From Octopus sinensis (taxonomy: Eukaryota), in contig NC_042999.1 in the NCBI RefSeq assembly GCF_006345805.1, positions 161,572,001 through 161,636,000 on the forward strand: 64,000 nt of DNA, given 5' to 3'. The position numbers were made by a program, and so were the translations under genes. A model generated the notes under the pieces. It did no database searches. It worked only from the letters and a program-made list of their open reading frames with translations, and was not told where the DNA came from. This document shows, in pieces, positions 50,388 to 62,321 of the stretch; within the stretch, counting starts at the first letter, position 1, and each line of letters opens with the position of its first letter.

Positions 50388-50907
50388 AATGAGAGAGAGA
50401 GAGAGAGAGAGAAAAAAGTGATCAATTTTGGTCAGAAATTAATTAAAAAATAGAAAGCAGTGGGGAGTGAGATTGATATGTAGCATTACATGGGAAATAT
50501 TTTGGGTCTTATTAGAGCTCATCAGCAAAGCATAGGGTAATCCCTTCCTGTCAGACCTTACAATGAATAAACTAATATAATATTTTAGTAAAGGACATAG
50601 AGAATGACTAAGAATACCTTGGAATGCTTGTTGTAATTGTGAGAAAAACAACTAATAAAATGGCTACTAATATAGTTAATGATGTGAGTCAAGACATTCT
50701 ATTTAATTTAAATTTTACTTGTAGTGATGAGGCAAAAAATGATTATCTTAATCATTAATTCAGATCAAGAATGGTAGGGGAGGCAACTCTGGAATTTAAA
50801 ACTAATCTGACTGAAAGAGTATTTTTTTCCCTCAAAATGCATTGCAGCTGATGAAGATATTTGAGAAAAGTTGTATAGGTATACTGATAGTTCCAACTGA
50901 CACTCAC

Positions 50908-50978
50908 GAGTTCTCTGTCCGTGTAACAGCAGCACCATCTCCAGGGAGGAAGCTTTCTGACTTTGAGGTGGCATCTTT
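50908..50978 (-). CDS. Minus-strand gene, internal exon (71 bp)
   Basis: Acceptor CTTCCTGTTCATTACTAATAG, donor GTGAGT; phase 0 to 2: KDATSKSESFLPGDGAAVTRTEN(S). Confidence 0.75.
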
Positions 50979-51366
50979 CTATTAGTAATGAACAGGAAGA
51001 CACACATATATATATATAAGATAAACAGGTAGATGTGTAGATGAATGATAAACAAATATGTGTTAATGAGTAACAAATAGATCATCTGCCTGTTCACGAT
51101 AAACAACTAAATAATCCATATCCTATCACTAAATAGTAGCAAGATGAAGTAAAGAAGAAACAGAGTTTCATGTTACATTTTACAATTAACAATTGATTTT
51201 CTTTATTCAATGCATACAAAGTTATTTATAAATTACACCATACAATTGGTTAATTAACCATTACCTAATATATGAGTAACTAAAATATTTATATATTACA
51301 TAATGGATATCTGATTTAGTGAAATATCTACACATCTAATATTTCAGTTAAGGCTATATTGATACA

Positions 51367-51737
51367 GTGGAGGCGCAATGGCCCAGTGGTTAGGGCAGCG
51401 GAATCGCGGTCGTAGGATCGCGGTTTCGATTCCCAGACCGGGCGTTGTGAGTGTTTATTGAGCGAAAACACCTAAAAGCTCCACGAGGCTCCGGCAGGGA
51501 TGGTGGTGATCCCTGCTGTATTCTTTCACCACAACTTTCTCTTGTTTCTGTTGTACCTGTATTTCAAAGGCCGGTCTTGTCACTCTCTGTGTCACGCTGA
51601 ATATCGGGTACACGTTAAGGGTACACGTGTCTGTGGAGTGCTCAGCCACTTACACGTTAATTTCACGAGCAGGCTGTTCCATTGATCAGATCAACCGGAA
51701 CCCTCGTCGTCGTAACCGACGTAGTGCTTCTATTTCC
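51367..51737 (+). mobile_element. tRNA-derived SINE family C with TSD
   Basis: GGCCCAGTGGTTAGGGC / GGTTTCGATTCCC boxes; TSD ATATTGATACA at 51356 and 51738; inverted copy at 61146-61535. Confidence 0.88.
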
Positions 51738-52642
51738 ATATTGATACAAGACCTAATCCATTATTAATATATTTTTAAATAACTTAATCTGCGTGATCAT
51801 GTTGTATTTATAGATTACATTATATATATATATATGTTACAAACTATTTAAAATAGACTAGCGTAATTTTTTGAGAGCCAAGACTGGCAGCTCTCACGTA
51901 CAAATATAGATATAAATTGTATTGGATCTGTTAGTATTGTAGGGATTTGAACCCTATCTGCAAGATACTCAGTTAGGGGTCATAAGTGAGTCACCACAAT
52001 TTCACATGATTGATCTATATATTGATCAATCAGCATGAAGTTGTGGCATGATTTGGTTCCTCAGATGTTCTAGAATTCACTCCCTTTTCATCCTGCAGAA
52101 ACCAGGTGGTGCCTTACTAAGCCAGACAGCCTTGCACATTTGTGCAGACAGTCTCAGATATTTGCATAGGCCACCTTGGGTACTCACAGAAGGCAGACTG
52201 CTAAGACCAGACCATCTTTGGCACTTAGACAGACTATCACGAGCAAGAAACAACTTCGGAGACACACACAATGTACCACAGCTAGCCTTCTACAAGATGC
52301 AGCACAGTTCTCTCCTCCCAGTTGGCAGTTATATTGTCAGCATCTTTCTTTTGTAAACAGCCAACATAGTAAATCATATACAGCAATAAATATGTTAAAA
52401 GCCAAAAGTTTGTGAGTTTGCTTCAGTTATTATATATGCAGCCAGCTAGATCACACAATGATGGTTTCAACTCCATACTCAGCTAACATCACAACCACTG
52501 CAACATTGGGGACAAAGCAACCCTCTTGACAGTATCCAATAAAACCCAACCATCATCCTTTCTGTGCAACAAACCATCACTCCTTCCCCACAAAAGCACC
52601 CATTATTGACGTTCGTCACTACCTCATACCCTTGCCAATTCT

Positions 52643-52704
<62 letters not shown>

Positions 52705-53368
52705 ATGTAGCAGCTCTGATTTCCATAACTCAAAGTCATTACTGTCTCTTCACTACACTCTCACCCTAATCACTATTATACTCTCCTATCATACTCTCAC
52801 TTGAGCATTATCTCTCTTCCATTACTCCTTCCTCTAACACCTTTTGACCCCAATCACAGTTTCTCCCATCATATTCTCACTCTTTCATCCACATAACCTA
52901 CTTCTTTCTCTTCTCACTTTCCTGTTTGCCCTCTTGGTTATATTTTCTTAAATAAACACACTGTAAAGCGGTGAGGACTCTTTAGTCTTATGAAGCACAA
53001 AGCCATCTCACTATTGCTAGTGTCATGATAAAATGCACCCAGCACACTCTGTAAAGTGGTTTACAAATGAGTGTAGATAACATAGTTAAAATCAAGAGAT
53101 GTCTTTAGTTTGGCTAAAGTGTTAATGCAACAATGAAATGCATTCAGTATACTTTGTACATTGGTTGGGGTTATAAAGGACATCCAGACAGAAAACATAT
53201 CAAAGATGGAATGCTCAAGCAAGTATATCAACCTCCAGCCCAATTAGGAGGAGGGCAGTAATTTCAAATAAGAGCTAATTTGGACTGTGACAAGCTGGCT
53301 TAATGATGCTCAAGTTGGTGGTGGTAGTGGTGCTTGTGTTAGTGCTAATGCTGGTGGTTATGATGATG

Positions 53369-53400
<32 letters not shown>

Positions 53401-53599
53401 GATGATGACAACATTAGCACTGATGATGATCATGATGAGGATGACAATACACATACATACACTCACAAATGTAAACAGTTACAGACACACTTCTATTTCA
53501 AACTGTCTATTCAATGCACCTGCAACAGAGCAAAAGTTAGGACAAATAATACACAAGCAAAAACATTTAGCTCTAGTCTGTCTTAAGAGTTTTACTTGC

Positions 53600-55855
53600 C
53601 TTTTCTAAATGTGTATCCTTTGAAGTCTCTGTGAAATTGTTGGGAATGAAATTTACTTTGATAGATGAACTTCTTTGAGCATATTTCTCATCACCAATGC
53701 AAGCTTGATTCTCAACAACCTGTGAATCATTTGGTTTGGGATGAGTCACCTCTGCATCACCGACATATTCCTTAAAGTGATTTTCTGTTGGAGAACTTAC
53801 ACCTGGCAAACCCTCTGAAGTAGAATTCAGATGACATGTTTGATCTTGGGTCGTAGACAATTTCTCTTTTTTACATGGTGAAAAAGACGAAATATTATTG
53901 TTGACGTTTTCCTTATTTATTTCCAGCTTCTCAGTAGTCAATCCTAAATCTGACTTTTGATTGCAGCTACTCACAGAATTTTCTTTTGAAATTTCTTGTT
54001 TATTTGATTTTCGGTTGTTAGAAAATGTCACCCGTGACTCCTTTTCAGACCAATGTGAGTTCTTTTTGCTTTGATTAATTATAGGAAAACTTTTGTCTGA
54101 AGGCATTTCTAAATTTTTGTTAGTATGATGATTCTTATTAACTTTAGAGACAGAGGTAATTTTAGCTTCATTAGTGTTAGAAATCCTCAAAGGATCAATT
54201 GTTTTCAGCTCATTAGAAGGCTCACTCTCAGAATGAAGATTACCAAAATTTTTGTCTAATATTCCAGATGTAGTTATTTCCGACTCAGTAAACTCAGGTG
54301 CTTCTCCACATATCTCTTCTATATGATTGCTGAAGTGAACTTTGTGGGTTTGATGAGGCTTTAGTGCCACCTCAGATCTAAAATTAGCTGGGTCACTGTT
54401 TGTTGTTACTTCTCTTGGTTTACCAGGGACAGTTTTGTTGACTTTAGCTTTTAGTGAGACCTCTATTTTTGGTTCTATCTTAGCAGAATCAATATGTTGG
54501 GCATTATAATTTGGTGTTTCTTTTCTGTCGGAACCAGATTTAATTGGGTTAGTACTGTGGTCTTTACAATCTGGACTTACTTTTGCTTTTGACATAGGCT
54601 TACTGTGGACAGTGTTGTGAATCTTAGTTTTTGGTATTACTTTTATTTCTAGCTTTGATTCAATGGAATCAATGTGATGGGCATTACAATTTGGCATTGC
54701 TTCTGTCTCTGAAGTCAATTTAATAGGGTCAGTACTGTGATCATTGTCATTTGATGACACCTCAATTTCTGAATCATAGGCTGTATTGTGGGTCTCACTG
54801 CTTGGCATTACTTCTGTCTCTGGTTTAGATTTAACAGAATCAGTGTGTGATATATTATTATTTAACATTACCTCTGTTTCTGATTTGGGTATAGTAGGGT
54901 CAATGTTGTGGGTAGAATTATTTAGGATGTTTTCCCTCTCAAATAAGTTTTCATGGTCAGAATGGGAAATAGAATTATTATTGACATTGATGACGTTAAG
55001 AACTTCTGTGTCTTCCTCCACTTCAAGTTTAATATGATCAGTGTTTTGAACCTCTTCTACTTCTGGGTTGGGTTCAACCAAGGTTTGATCAGTCTGATGG
55101 TTTAATACTTTCTCTGTATTTGGCTTCAGGTTTGTCTGGTCATTATCTTTACTGGCTGAGATTCCTTCAGTTTCTGGTCTCAATTTAGTCTGGTCTTTCT
55201 GATCATCACTGCAGTCCAAGTCCTTCTTTATATCTAGTTCTACTCTAGACTGTTCATTCTTATGATAATCATTCTTTGATATTTCCTCCTCCTCTATCCC
55301 ATCAGGGTGTGAAGCATTTTCATTTTCACATGAGATTCTCTCTATTTCTGGACTGAGTTTAGGTAGATCAGAATGAATATCAATTTTGTTCAAGTCATTT
55401 TCTACTCCTTGCCTGATGTTGGACTGATCAGTAATTTTGTCATCTTTATTCAAAACTTTCTCTGACCTCCACATGAACTGGTCACTAATGTTTTCAGTTT
55501 TCTCAATCTCTGGTTTAACTTTGGACACATCAGTATGAGAACCACTGCTGTTTTGTATTTTCTCTTCTAATTTGTGTTTAGTTGGATCAGTGTGTTGGTC
55601 ACCAATATCCAAGGTTTTCTCTCTCTCAGGCCAGAGTTTGAAATGGTCAGTGTGGTCACCACTTTTGTTCAAAACTTCCTCTAATTCAGAACTGACTCGA
55701 GGTTGGTCAGTGTGATGACATCCAGTGCTTTCTAATTTACTGTAGATACTGCCACTCTGATGGGATGCTCTTGATCCAAATTCTTCCTTTCCTTTATCTT
55801 TTACTTCTTGAACCTCAGGTAAGATAGACTGCAGCTTGGAGTCTTTCTGTTTAAA
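53600..55855 (-). CDS. Minus-strand gene, giant exon (2256 bp; acidic/His-rich repeats, predicted disordered)
   Basis: Inside 769-aa ORF; strong acceptor ...CTTATCAATTTCAG at 55856; AAG|GCAAGT donor after 53600 keeps phase 0 with exon 50908-50978; read-through stops at 53573. Confidence 0.85.
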
Positions 55856-56605
55856 CTGAAATTGATAAGTAACAAGAAACAATGAAGGAGAGTTTAAATT
55901 GAGACAGATGAGAGGGGTGAAAGGGGGAAGAAGAAAACTGACATGTTTAAAGAGTTACAAACAAAATTTTAAAAAAAGGAAAGAGACAGAGAGAGAAGCA
56001 GTTAGACATGTCAGTTATAAATATATATATGAATGCGGTTGGTGGTGAAGGTTGGGAAGCAAGCTTCTTATGATACAGCCATGCCTGTGCCTATACATGC
56101 AACTGAAGCTGCAATCACAGGTTGCTTTCAGGCGTCAAGACGAAAAATGGCATTCGGCAGCTGTTGTGGCTCTGTGTTGCCAGCGCTCACCACCACTACC
56201 CCCACTCAGTCAATGCAGGGCAGCTTCACACTCATGACAATATGGTCAGCCTTCTGCATTGGTTACAGTGCAAATGTTAGTCCTCACCATGAAGGGAGTG
56301 GATGTATGTATGTGCATGTATCTTTATGCTTGTTTATATCTGTGATTGTTTGTACAAAAAACTATAGAGGGCAGTGTTGTTGTCAGTTCTCCTATCAAGA
56401 ACTTGTTCAGTTATTTCATACCTTCAAAGCTGTTTCAATTAATAGATTTCTTACTTGGAGAACAGCTAGTGGTTAGGTAATTTTAGGAAGATCAACCAGC
56501 TGTAAAACAAAGCCTCAAATAACACTTTTGTTCATCACATGCAAGTATGGTTAGATGGACATAAATCAAATTAATTCATATGTGCGAAATGAAAAATATA
56601 TCTAC

Positions 56606-57532
56606 CAGAATCTGTGATGGTCCACTCTGAGGGCGCTGCTTCATTGCTCTGAATGCCTTAGAATTTGCTGTGTTTTGTGTTGTTTGGGGTCTTTGAAGTT
56701 TCCTTTGGTTTTGTCCAATCAACATTTTCTCAACAATCACTTGAGGACCTTTCATATCAAATTCCACTGTTTTTATTGTCTTATAAACATTCCATGATTC
56801 CAGATCTGAATGGGGGGCCACATTAGCAGCTTGGGTATATTTTTCTTCATGCATCCTTTCTTGTTTCTCGCAAAGATTGATGAAATACTTCTGCAGGTGA
56901 GGAGTAACTGCAGAAGATATTTTAGGACCTGAATCGCTGGTCTCTTGGTCATAAACCATTTGTATAGGGTTGTAATCAGTTCTTCGGAAGAATACTTGCT
57001 GTTTTGAATTAGAATTGGATTTCAAAGATTTTTCTCCTAACTGAGATTTGGAATTTGATGATTTTTTCCCTATTAACGTTGCTGTATGCATTCGTCTGCC
57101 AGAATGTGTGCAGAGAAGTTGTACAGGTCTTGTGTTAACATATGATTCAGTTTTGTGATGGACATCATTAAAGGTTGAGAAACCCTTAGAAGAGAGTTCA
57201 CAAAAAAATTTATTACTTTTGGGAGTCTCTTTCAATGTACAGGTTTTAAGCTTAATAGGAACAGGAGATGAAAGGGGAGAAGATGAAGAAGAAGAAGAAA
57301 TAGAACAAAGAGAGGGTGCTGGAGAAGACTCTCTACATATATTTAAGACAGAACCATTTTTAAGAGAAGCATCAAGCACTAGAGTATTATCATTTTGTGA
57401 AAACGCATAAGAACTTTCCCTATTGTTTGTAGGAAAATGTCTCTCAGAAGATGTAGGTGTGTTTCCTCTTGGTGATGTTGGTGGGGCTGCTGTAAAAGAA
57501 GGCTTCATCTCTGCATTCTGCTTTAGCATCAT
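56606..57532 (-). CDS. Minus-strand gene, first recognised coding exon (Ser/Pro/Lys-rich); exon begins at 57578
   Basis: Inside 349-aa ORF; acceptor TTTTGACAG at 57579; ATGATG at 57532; donor CTG|GTAGAT phase 0 matches the next exon. The start codon could lie further upstream. Confidence 0.78.
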
Positions 57533-58078
57533 TTTGTCTGTTACAATGGTGGAGTCAGTTAGATTCACTTTCAACAACCTGTCAAAATTGAGAATTTCAA
57601 TATAAAAAATCCAAAATAGATGCAATAGTTATATTTTTAAAGCAAATATAGACATTTGAATAGCGTTGGCACAATTGATTTCAAAACTGGTTGGACATTC
57701 TACAAGCTGTTAAGTAAATAATATTCACATAAAAAATTGCATAAACAGAAATGACTCCAGGTTTAATAGTTATGTACAAGAGTATGCTGAAGAGGTTAAT
57801 AAGACTGAAACATGTTTACAGTTATTGCCATTTTTAACTGATTAAAATTTATTTCTGGGCCATTCCATTCAGTATGTTTGCTAGCATTCATACACACACA
57901 CAACACACACACACACACACACACAACACACCAACTCAATCACATATTTACAAACACCAGGAACTCGTTTAACTAAAAAATTCTTGCTGCTTTGTTAGTG
58001 ACCAGCTTGAACCCACTCAAGAACTTGAATGAACCTCGAAGGAAAGTTATACACACATACATACATATGTATATATAC

Positions 58079-58129
<51 letters not shown>

Positions 58130-58223
58130 CAATTAAAAAAGACAGAGAAAAAGAAAAAACAAACGTGAGGATGTAGCACAAGCAATGTATTAATCTGATG
58201 CTCAGAGAAAGAAGAGAGTAATA

Positions 58224-58258
58224 GTTTTACATTTCGAGCATAGCTCTTCTTCAGAAAC
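58224..58258 (-). ncRNA. Minimal type I hammerhead-like motif, copy 1
   Basis: GTTT-CTGAAGA-A-GAGC-TAT-GCTC-GAAA-TG-TA-AAAC; all core positions present; loopless stem III. Confidence 0.7.
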
Positions 58259-58458
58259 AGGAAAAACAAGGAAGTCCAAAGGGAGAGAAGGAAGAAAGAG
58301 GAAAAAAAATCACCAACAGTCCACATGCAGCAACATTTCTGAAGTGACCAGAAGTAGGAGGAATGAAAAGAAAGTGCTTTTTGGGACAGGAGGGCATGAA
58401 GATGGTCGGTATGTGTGTATGGCAGTAACTGCATATGTGTGTGTGTGTGTGGGGTAAT

Positions 58459-58504
<46 letters not shown>

Positions 58505-58596
58505 CAATTAAAAGACAGAGAAAAAGAAAAAACAAACGTGAGGATGTAGCACAAGCAATGTATTAATCTGATGCTCAGAGAAAGAAGAGAGTAATA

Positions 58597-58630
58597 GTTT
58601 TACATTCGAGCATAGCTCTTCTTCAGAAAC
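58597..58630 (-). ncRNA. Minimal type I hammerhead-like motif, copy 2 (GAA instead of GAAA)
   Basis: Same as copy 1 with one A missing. Confidence 0.55.
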
Positions 58631-58826
58631 AGGAAAAACAAGGAAGTCCAAAGGGAGAGAAGGAAGAAAGAGGAAAAAAAATCACCAACAGTCCACATGC
58701 AGCAACATTTCTGAAGTGACCAGAAGTAGGAGGAATGAAAAGAAAGTGCTTTTTGGGACAGGAGGGCATGAAGATGGTCGGTATGTGTGTATGGCAGTAA
58801 CTGCATATGTGTGTGTGTGTGTGGGG

Positions 58827-58864
<38 letters not shown>

Positions 58865-58942
58865 GAAATAGGATAAAAATTTTTTCGGGAAAAAAATTTA
58901 TCAATGGCCAGCATATCAAAAAATGCTTTTAAAGGTAAAATT

Positions 58943-59077
58943 TATACATAATTTACAAGATAAGGGCAGAAGAAAAAATTCTAATGCCAGATACGCCGAA
59001 AACAAAAAAGTTTTTTTGTTTCGGCGTATCTGGCATTAGAATTTTTTCTTCTGCCCTTATCTTGTAATTTATGTATA
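58943..59077. repeat. ~135-bp near-perfect palindrome (~66-bp arms)
   Basis: ...ACAAGATAAGGGCAGAAGAAAAAATTCTAATGCCAGATACGCCGAAA... folds back on its reverse complement with almost no loop. Confidence 0.95.
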
Positions 59078-59093
59078 TATATATATATACATA

Positions 59094-59875
59094 CGAAGTC
59101 TGATCAATAAGTATCTGGACTGTTGCCATAGTAACAAAGCTAAAGAATGCAGAGCGAAGTCACAAAGCAAAGATTCACCTTGACCTCTGTTTTGCATGTG
59201 CACTAAGTTTTAATATTCTAGCTCACTTCTACTGATTACAGCAGTGCTTTGAAGTAACATGTGTAATGTGTGGACATTGCATTGACCATGACAGAGAAAG
59301 TTGTAATCAGAGGCCTACACAAAGTTACAGAAAGTGTATGGAGAGGAGTGTATGCTCCACACACAAGAGTACGAGTAGTTCAGACATTTCCAAGATGTCT
59401 GAAAAACTGTTGATAGTGAAAAACATTCTGGGAGACCTGCAACCAGTGGAACTGAGAAAAACAATGCAGATGTATGTGCAGCTGTGAGAGGAAACTGCCA
59501 AATCACCATCCGTGAGTTATCAGAGGATGTGCAGATTAGGTACAGTTCAGTTCAGTCCATTATCACTGAAGATTTGGGTATGAGACATGTGTCTGACAAG
59601 TTCGTGCCAAAACTGCTTTCAGATGACCAAAAATACATTTGGGTTTCAGTTGCACCAAATCTCCTTGACTGAGTTGAGAATGATGAAAACTTTTTGAAAA
59701 TTTTGTGTAGGTCTCTGAGCAGGTATCACCAAGCTTTTGGCAAAATTTGATGCAGATTCTCTGCTCAACTTTCTTTGTCATGGTCAATGCAATGATCACA
59801 TGCTACACATGTTCCTTCCAAGAACTGCTGTAAACAGCAGAAGTGAACTAGAATGTGAAAACTTAGTGCACGTTC
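59094..59875. mobile_element. mariner transposase remnants, two 5' ends facing each other
   Basis: TA|CGAAGTCTGATCAATAAGTATCTGGACT TIR-like start; plus strand ITIRELSEDV...EDLGMRHVSDKFVPKLLSDDQK; minus strand MTKKVEQRICIKFCQKLGDTCSETY. Confidence 0.85.
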
Positions 59876-60043
59876 CAAATATTAATACATAATTCACTGC
59901 AATTACTAAATAAACAACACAAAGCCTTTTTCTACATGTTGTCATAGGTTCCATCACACCTTTAAATTCGTCCATAGATCCAAATGCAAACAAAATCAAC
60001 ACAAATAACACACCCATCCATGATCATTACAATATATATATCT

Positions 60044-60080
<37 letters not shown>

Positions 60081-60439
60081 AGTGTGTGTTTGTATACTCT
60101 TCTTTTTCTCCTATCTCTCTATCAACATAACTATCTTAGAAACTGGTTAATTTCAACTCAATAAATTTTAGTTTTTATAGTTTTTTAGTTTTTAGTTTTC
60201 TTAGTTTGTAATTTTAAGTTTAGGTTTAAATTTTAATTTTCAGTTTTAATTCTAATTCTTAATCCTTTGTCTCATATCATTTAATTGCTATTAAGCTTGA
60301 AATACAATTTTACATATCTGCACTAAACTATTGTCCTTATAACCTTACCTATATTGGTCTTCCACCCCCATTCTACTGAAACTTTAACGTTTGACCTCTA
60401 ACCACACAACCTATCTATATCATTACCTTCACTTTTACC

Positions 60440-60856
60440 TCTCTTTTACTCTTTTACTTGTTTCAGTCATTTGACTGCGGCCATGCTGGAGCACTGCCTT
60501 TAATCGAGCAACTCGACCCCGGGACTTATTCTTTTGTAAGCCCAGTACTTATTCTATCGGATTCTTTTGCCGAACTGCTAAGTAACAGGGACATAAACAC
60601 ACCAGCATCGGTTGTCAAGCAATGCTAGGGGGACAAACACAGACACACAAACACACACACGCATATATATATATATATATATACATATATACGACGGGCT
60701 TCTTTCAGTTTCCGTCTACCAAATCCACTCACAAGGCTTTGGTCGGCCCGAGGCTATAGTAGAAGACACTTGCCCAAGGTGCCACGCAGTGGGACTGAAC
60801 CCGGAACCATGTGGTTGGTAAACAAGCTACTTACCACACAGCCACTCCTGTGCCTA
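60440..60856 (-). mobile_element. SINE family A
   Basis: Match to family consensus. Confidence 0.88.
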
Positions 60857-61145
60857 TACCTATTTATTTTTATTCTTATTTTTTACCCTGTTACCTCTAA
60901 TTTTATTTTTATTCCCTTTCTGTTCTTTCTACTCTCTCGAATACATACTCACAAAACCAATTTATAAAATATCTATCATTACCTTTTCTTTTCTTTTCTT
61001 ATTTTTCTTATTTTTTATTTATATTTTTTATTTGTATTTTATTCATATTTTTACCCTTTTACCATTATCTTATTTTTTATTTCTTTCTCCTATCTCCCTT
61101 TCTCTCTCTCATACACCCACTCACAAACCCCATTTATGTCCATCA

Positions 61146-61535
61146 TGGATGGAAACACTCCGTCGGTTATGACAACGAGGGTTCCGGTTGATCCGAATCA
61201 ACGGAACAGCCTGCTCATGAAATTAACGTGTAAGTGGCAGAGCACTCCACAGACACGTGTACCCTTAACGTAGTTCTCGGGGATATTCAGCGTGACACAG
61301 AGAGTGACAAGGCCGGCCCCTTGAAATACAGGTACAACAGAAACAGGAAGTAAGAGTGAGAGAAAGTTGTGGTGAAAGAATACAGCAGGGATCACCACCA
61401 TCCCCTGCCGGAGCCTTGTGGAGCTTTTAGGTGTTTTTGCTCAATAAACACTCACAACGCCCGGTCTGGGAATCGAAACCACGATCCTATGACCGCGAGT
61501 CCGCTGCCCTAACCACTGGGCCATTGCGCCTCCAC
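61146..61535 (-). mobile_element. SINE family C with TSD
   Basis: TSD TATGTCCATCA at 61135 and 61536. Confidence 0.88.
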
Positions 61536-62152
61536 TATGTCCATCACACTTTCTCGCTCTATATACACATTTACAATATGAATACATCATTCAGAATACT
61601 GTGAAAATACTGCCTGGATTTACCTGGGATTTTAACTAAAAACCTGTACATTCATGGAAGTACCGACCAACATCCATATCCTCTGGAAAAAGATGAGATG
61701 TCAACATTATTCTCCTGCTTATATTCTTCTAACTACTTTTACTCTTTATTCTTCTAAACTGTGAATTTTATTCCTTGTAAACTGTAAATTTTTCCCATCT
61801 AAAATATTCACACCTTGTCTCTGATGACAGAATTACCCAGTGCACGGACATGCTAACCTACCACTTAGGTTATCCCAGAAATGGCTGTAAGACTTCAAAT
61901 TCACCTTATCCTAATTAAATTATTCTAAATGACTTGAGATACTCATTCTGCCATGGTTTTTGATTTTTCCTCTAATATAATATATACATGCTATAACGGA
62001 ACCCTAACACAGATCCCTAGATCCAGCCTTAACTGTGATCTTGAAACCTAAAGGTCAACCTACTATAGCACTTACCCAGTGTACCTATTCGTTTAGATCA
62101 CAAGTGAACTAAACCCCTCATATTCTTTATATATACGTGTGTGTGTATGTGC

Positions 62153-62194
<42 letters not shown>

Positions 62195-62321
62195 ATATAT
62201 ATATATATATATATATAGCGACTACTTCTTTCATATGTCAGATCCAGTTTGATTCATACACTAACCATTCACGATGTCAGTAAGTGCTATATATTGAGTA
62301 GCTAAATGAGTGCCTTTAGTT

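Larger units (their letters stand above)
58127..58830 (-). repeat. Tandem duplicate (period ~373 bp) of a Penelope-like or retrozyme-like unit separated by (TA)n
   Basis: 58127-58458 and 58502-58830 appear identical apart from homopolymer-length differences. Confidence 0.9.

Noticed and set aside
50765-50810. Alternative terminal exon after a 97-bp intron (SQISFKFQSCLPYHS*)
   Set aside because: Short pyrimidine tract after an A-rich run, and a better in-phase exon exists at 46561-46676; not supportable without RNA data.
51367-51445. Possible tRNA gene
   Set aside because: A and B boxes are present but it runs into a SINE body with tail and TSD; no complete cloverleaf. The same holds for the other SINE heads.
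52188-52223. 36-bp in-frame cassette exon (CQRWSGLSSLPS)
   Set aside because: Good donor but weak AAG acceptor with upstream AGs; the region may be a decayed LINE.
56033-56476. 147-aa plus-strand ORF inside the 750-bp intron
   Set aside because: No recognisable domain, runs into TG-rich sequence, and the opposite strand has many stops; probably an old repeat.
61560-62120. Coding-looking AT-rich stretch
   Set aside because: All frames I read were interrupted and no motif was recognised.
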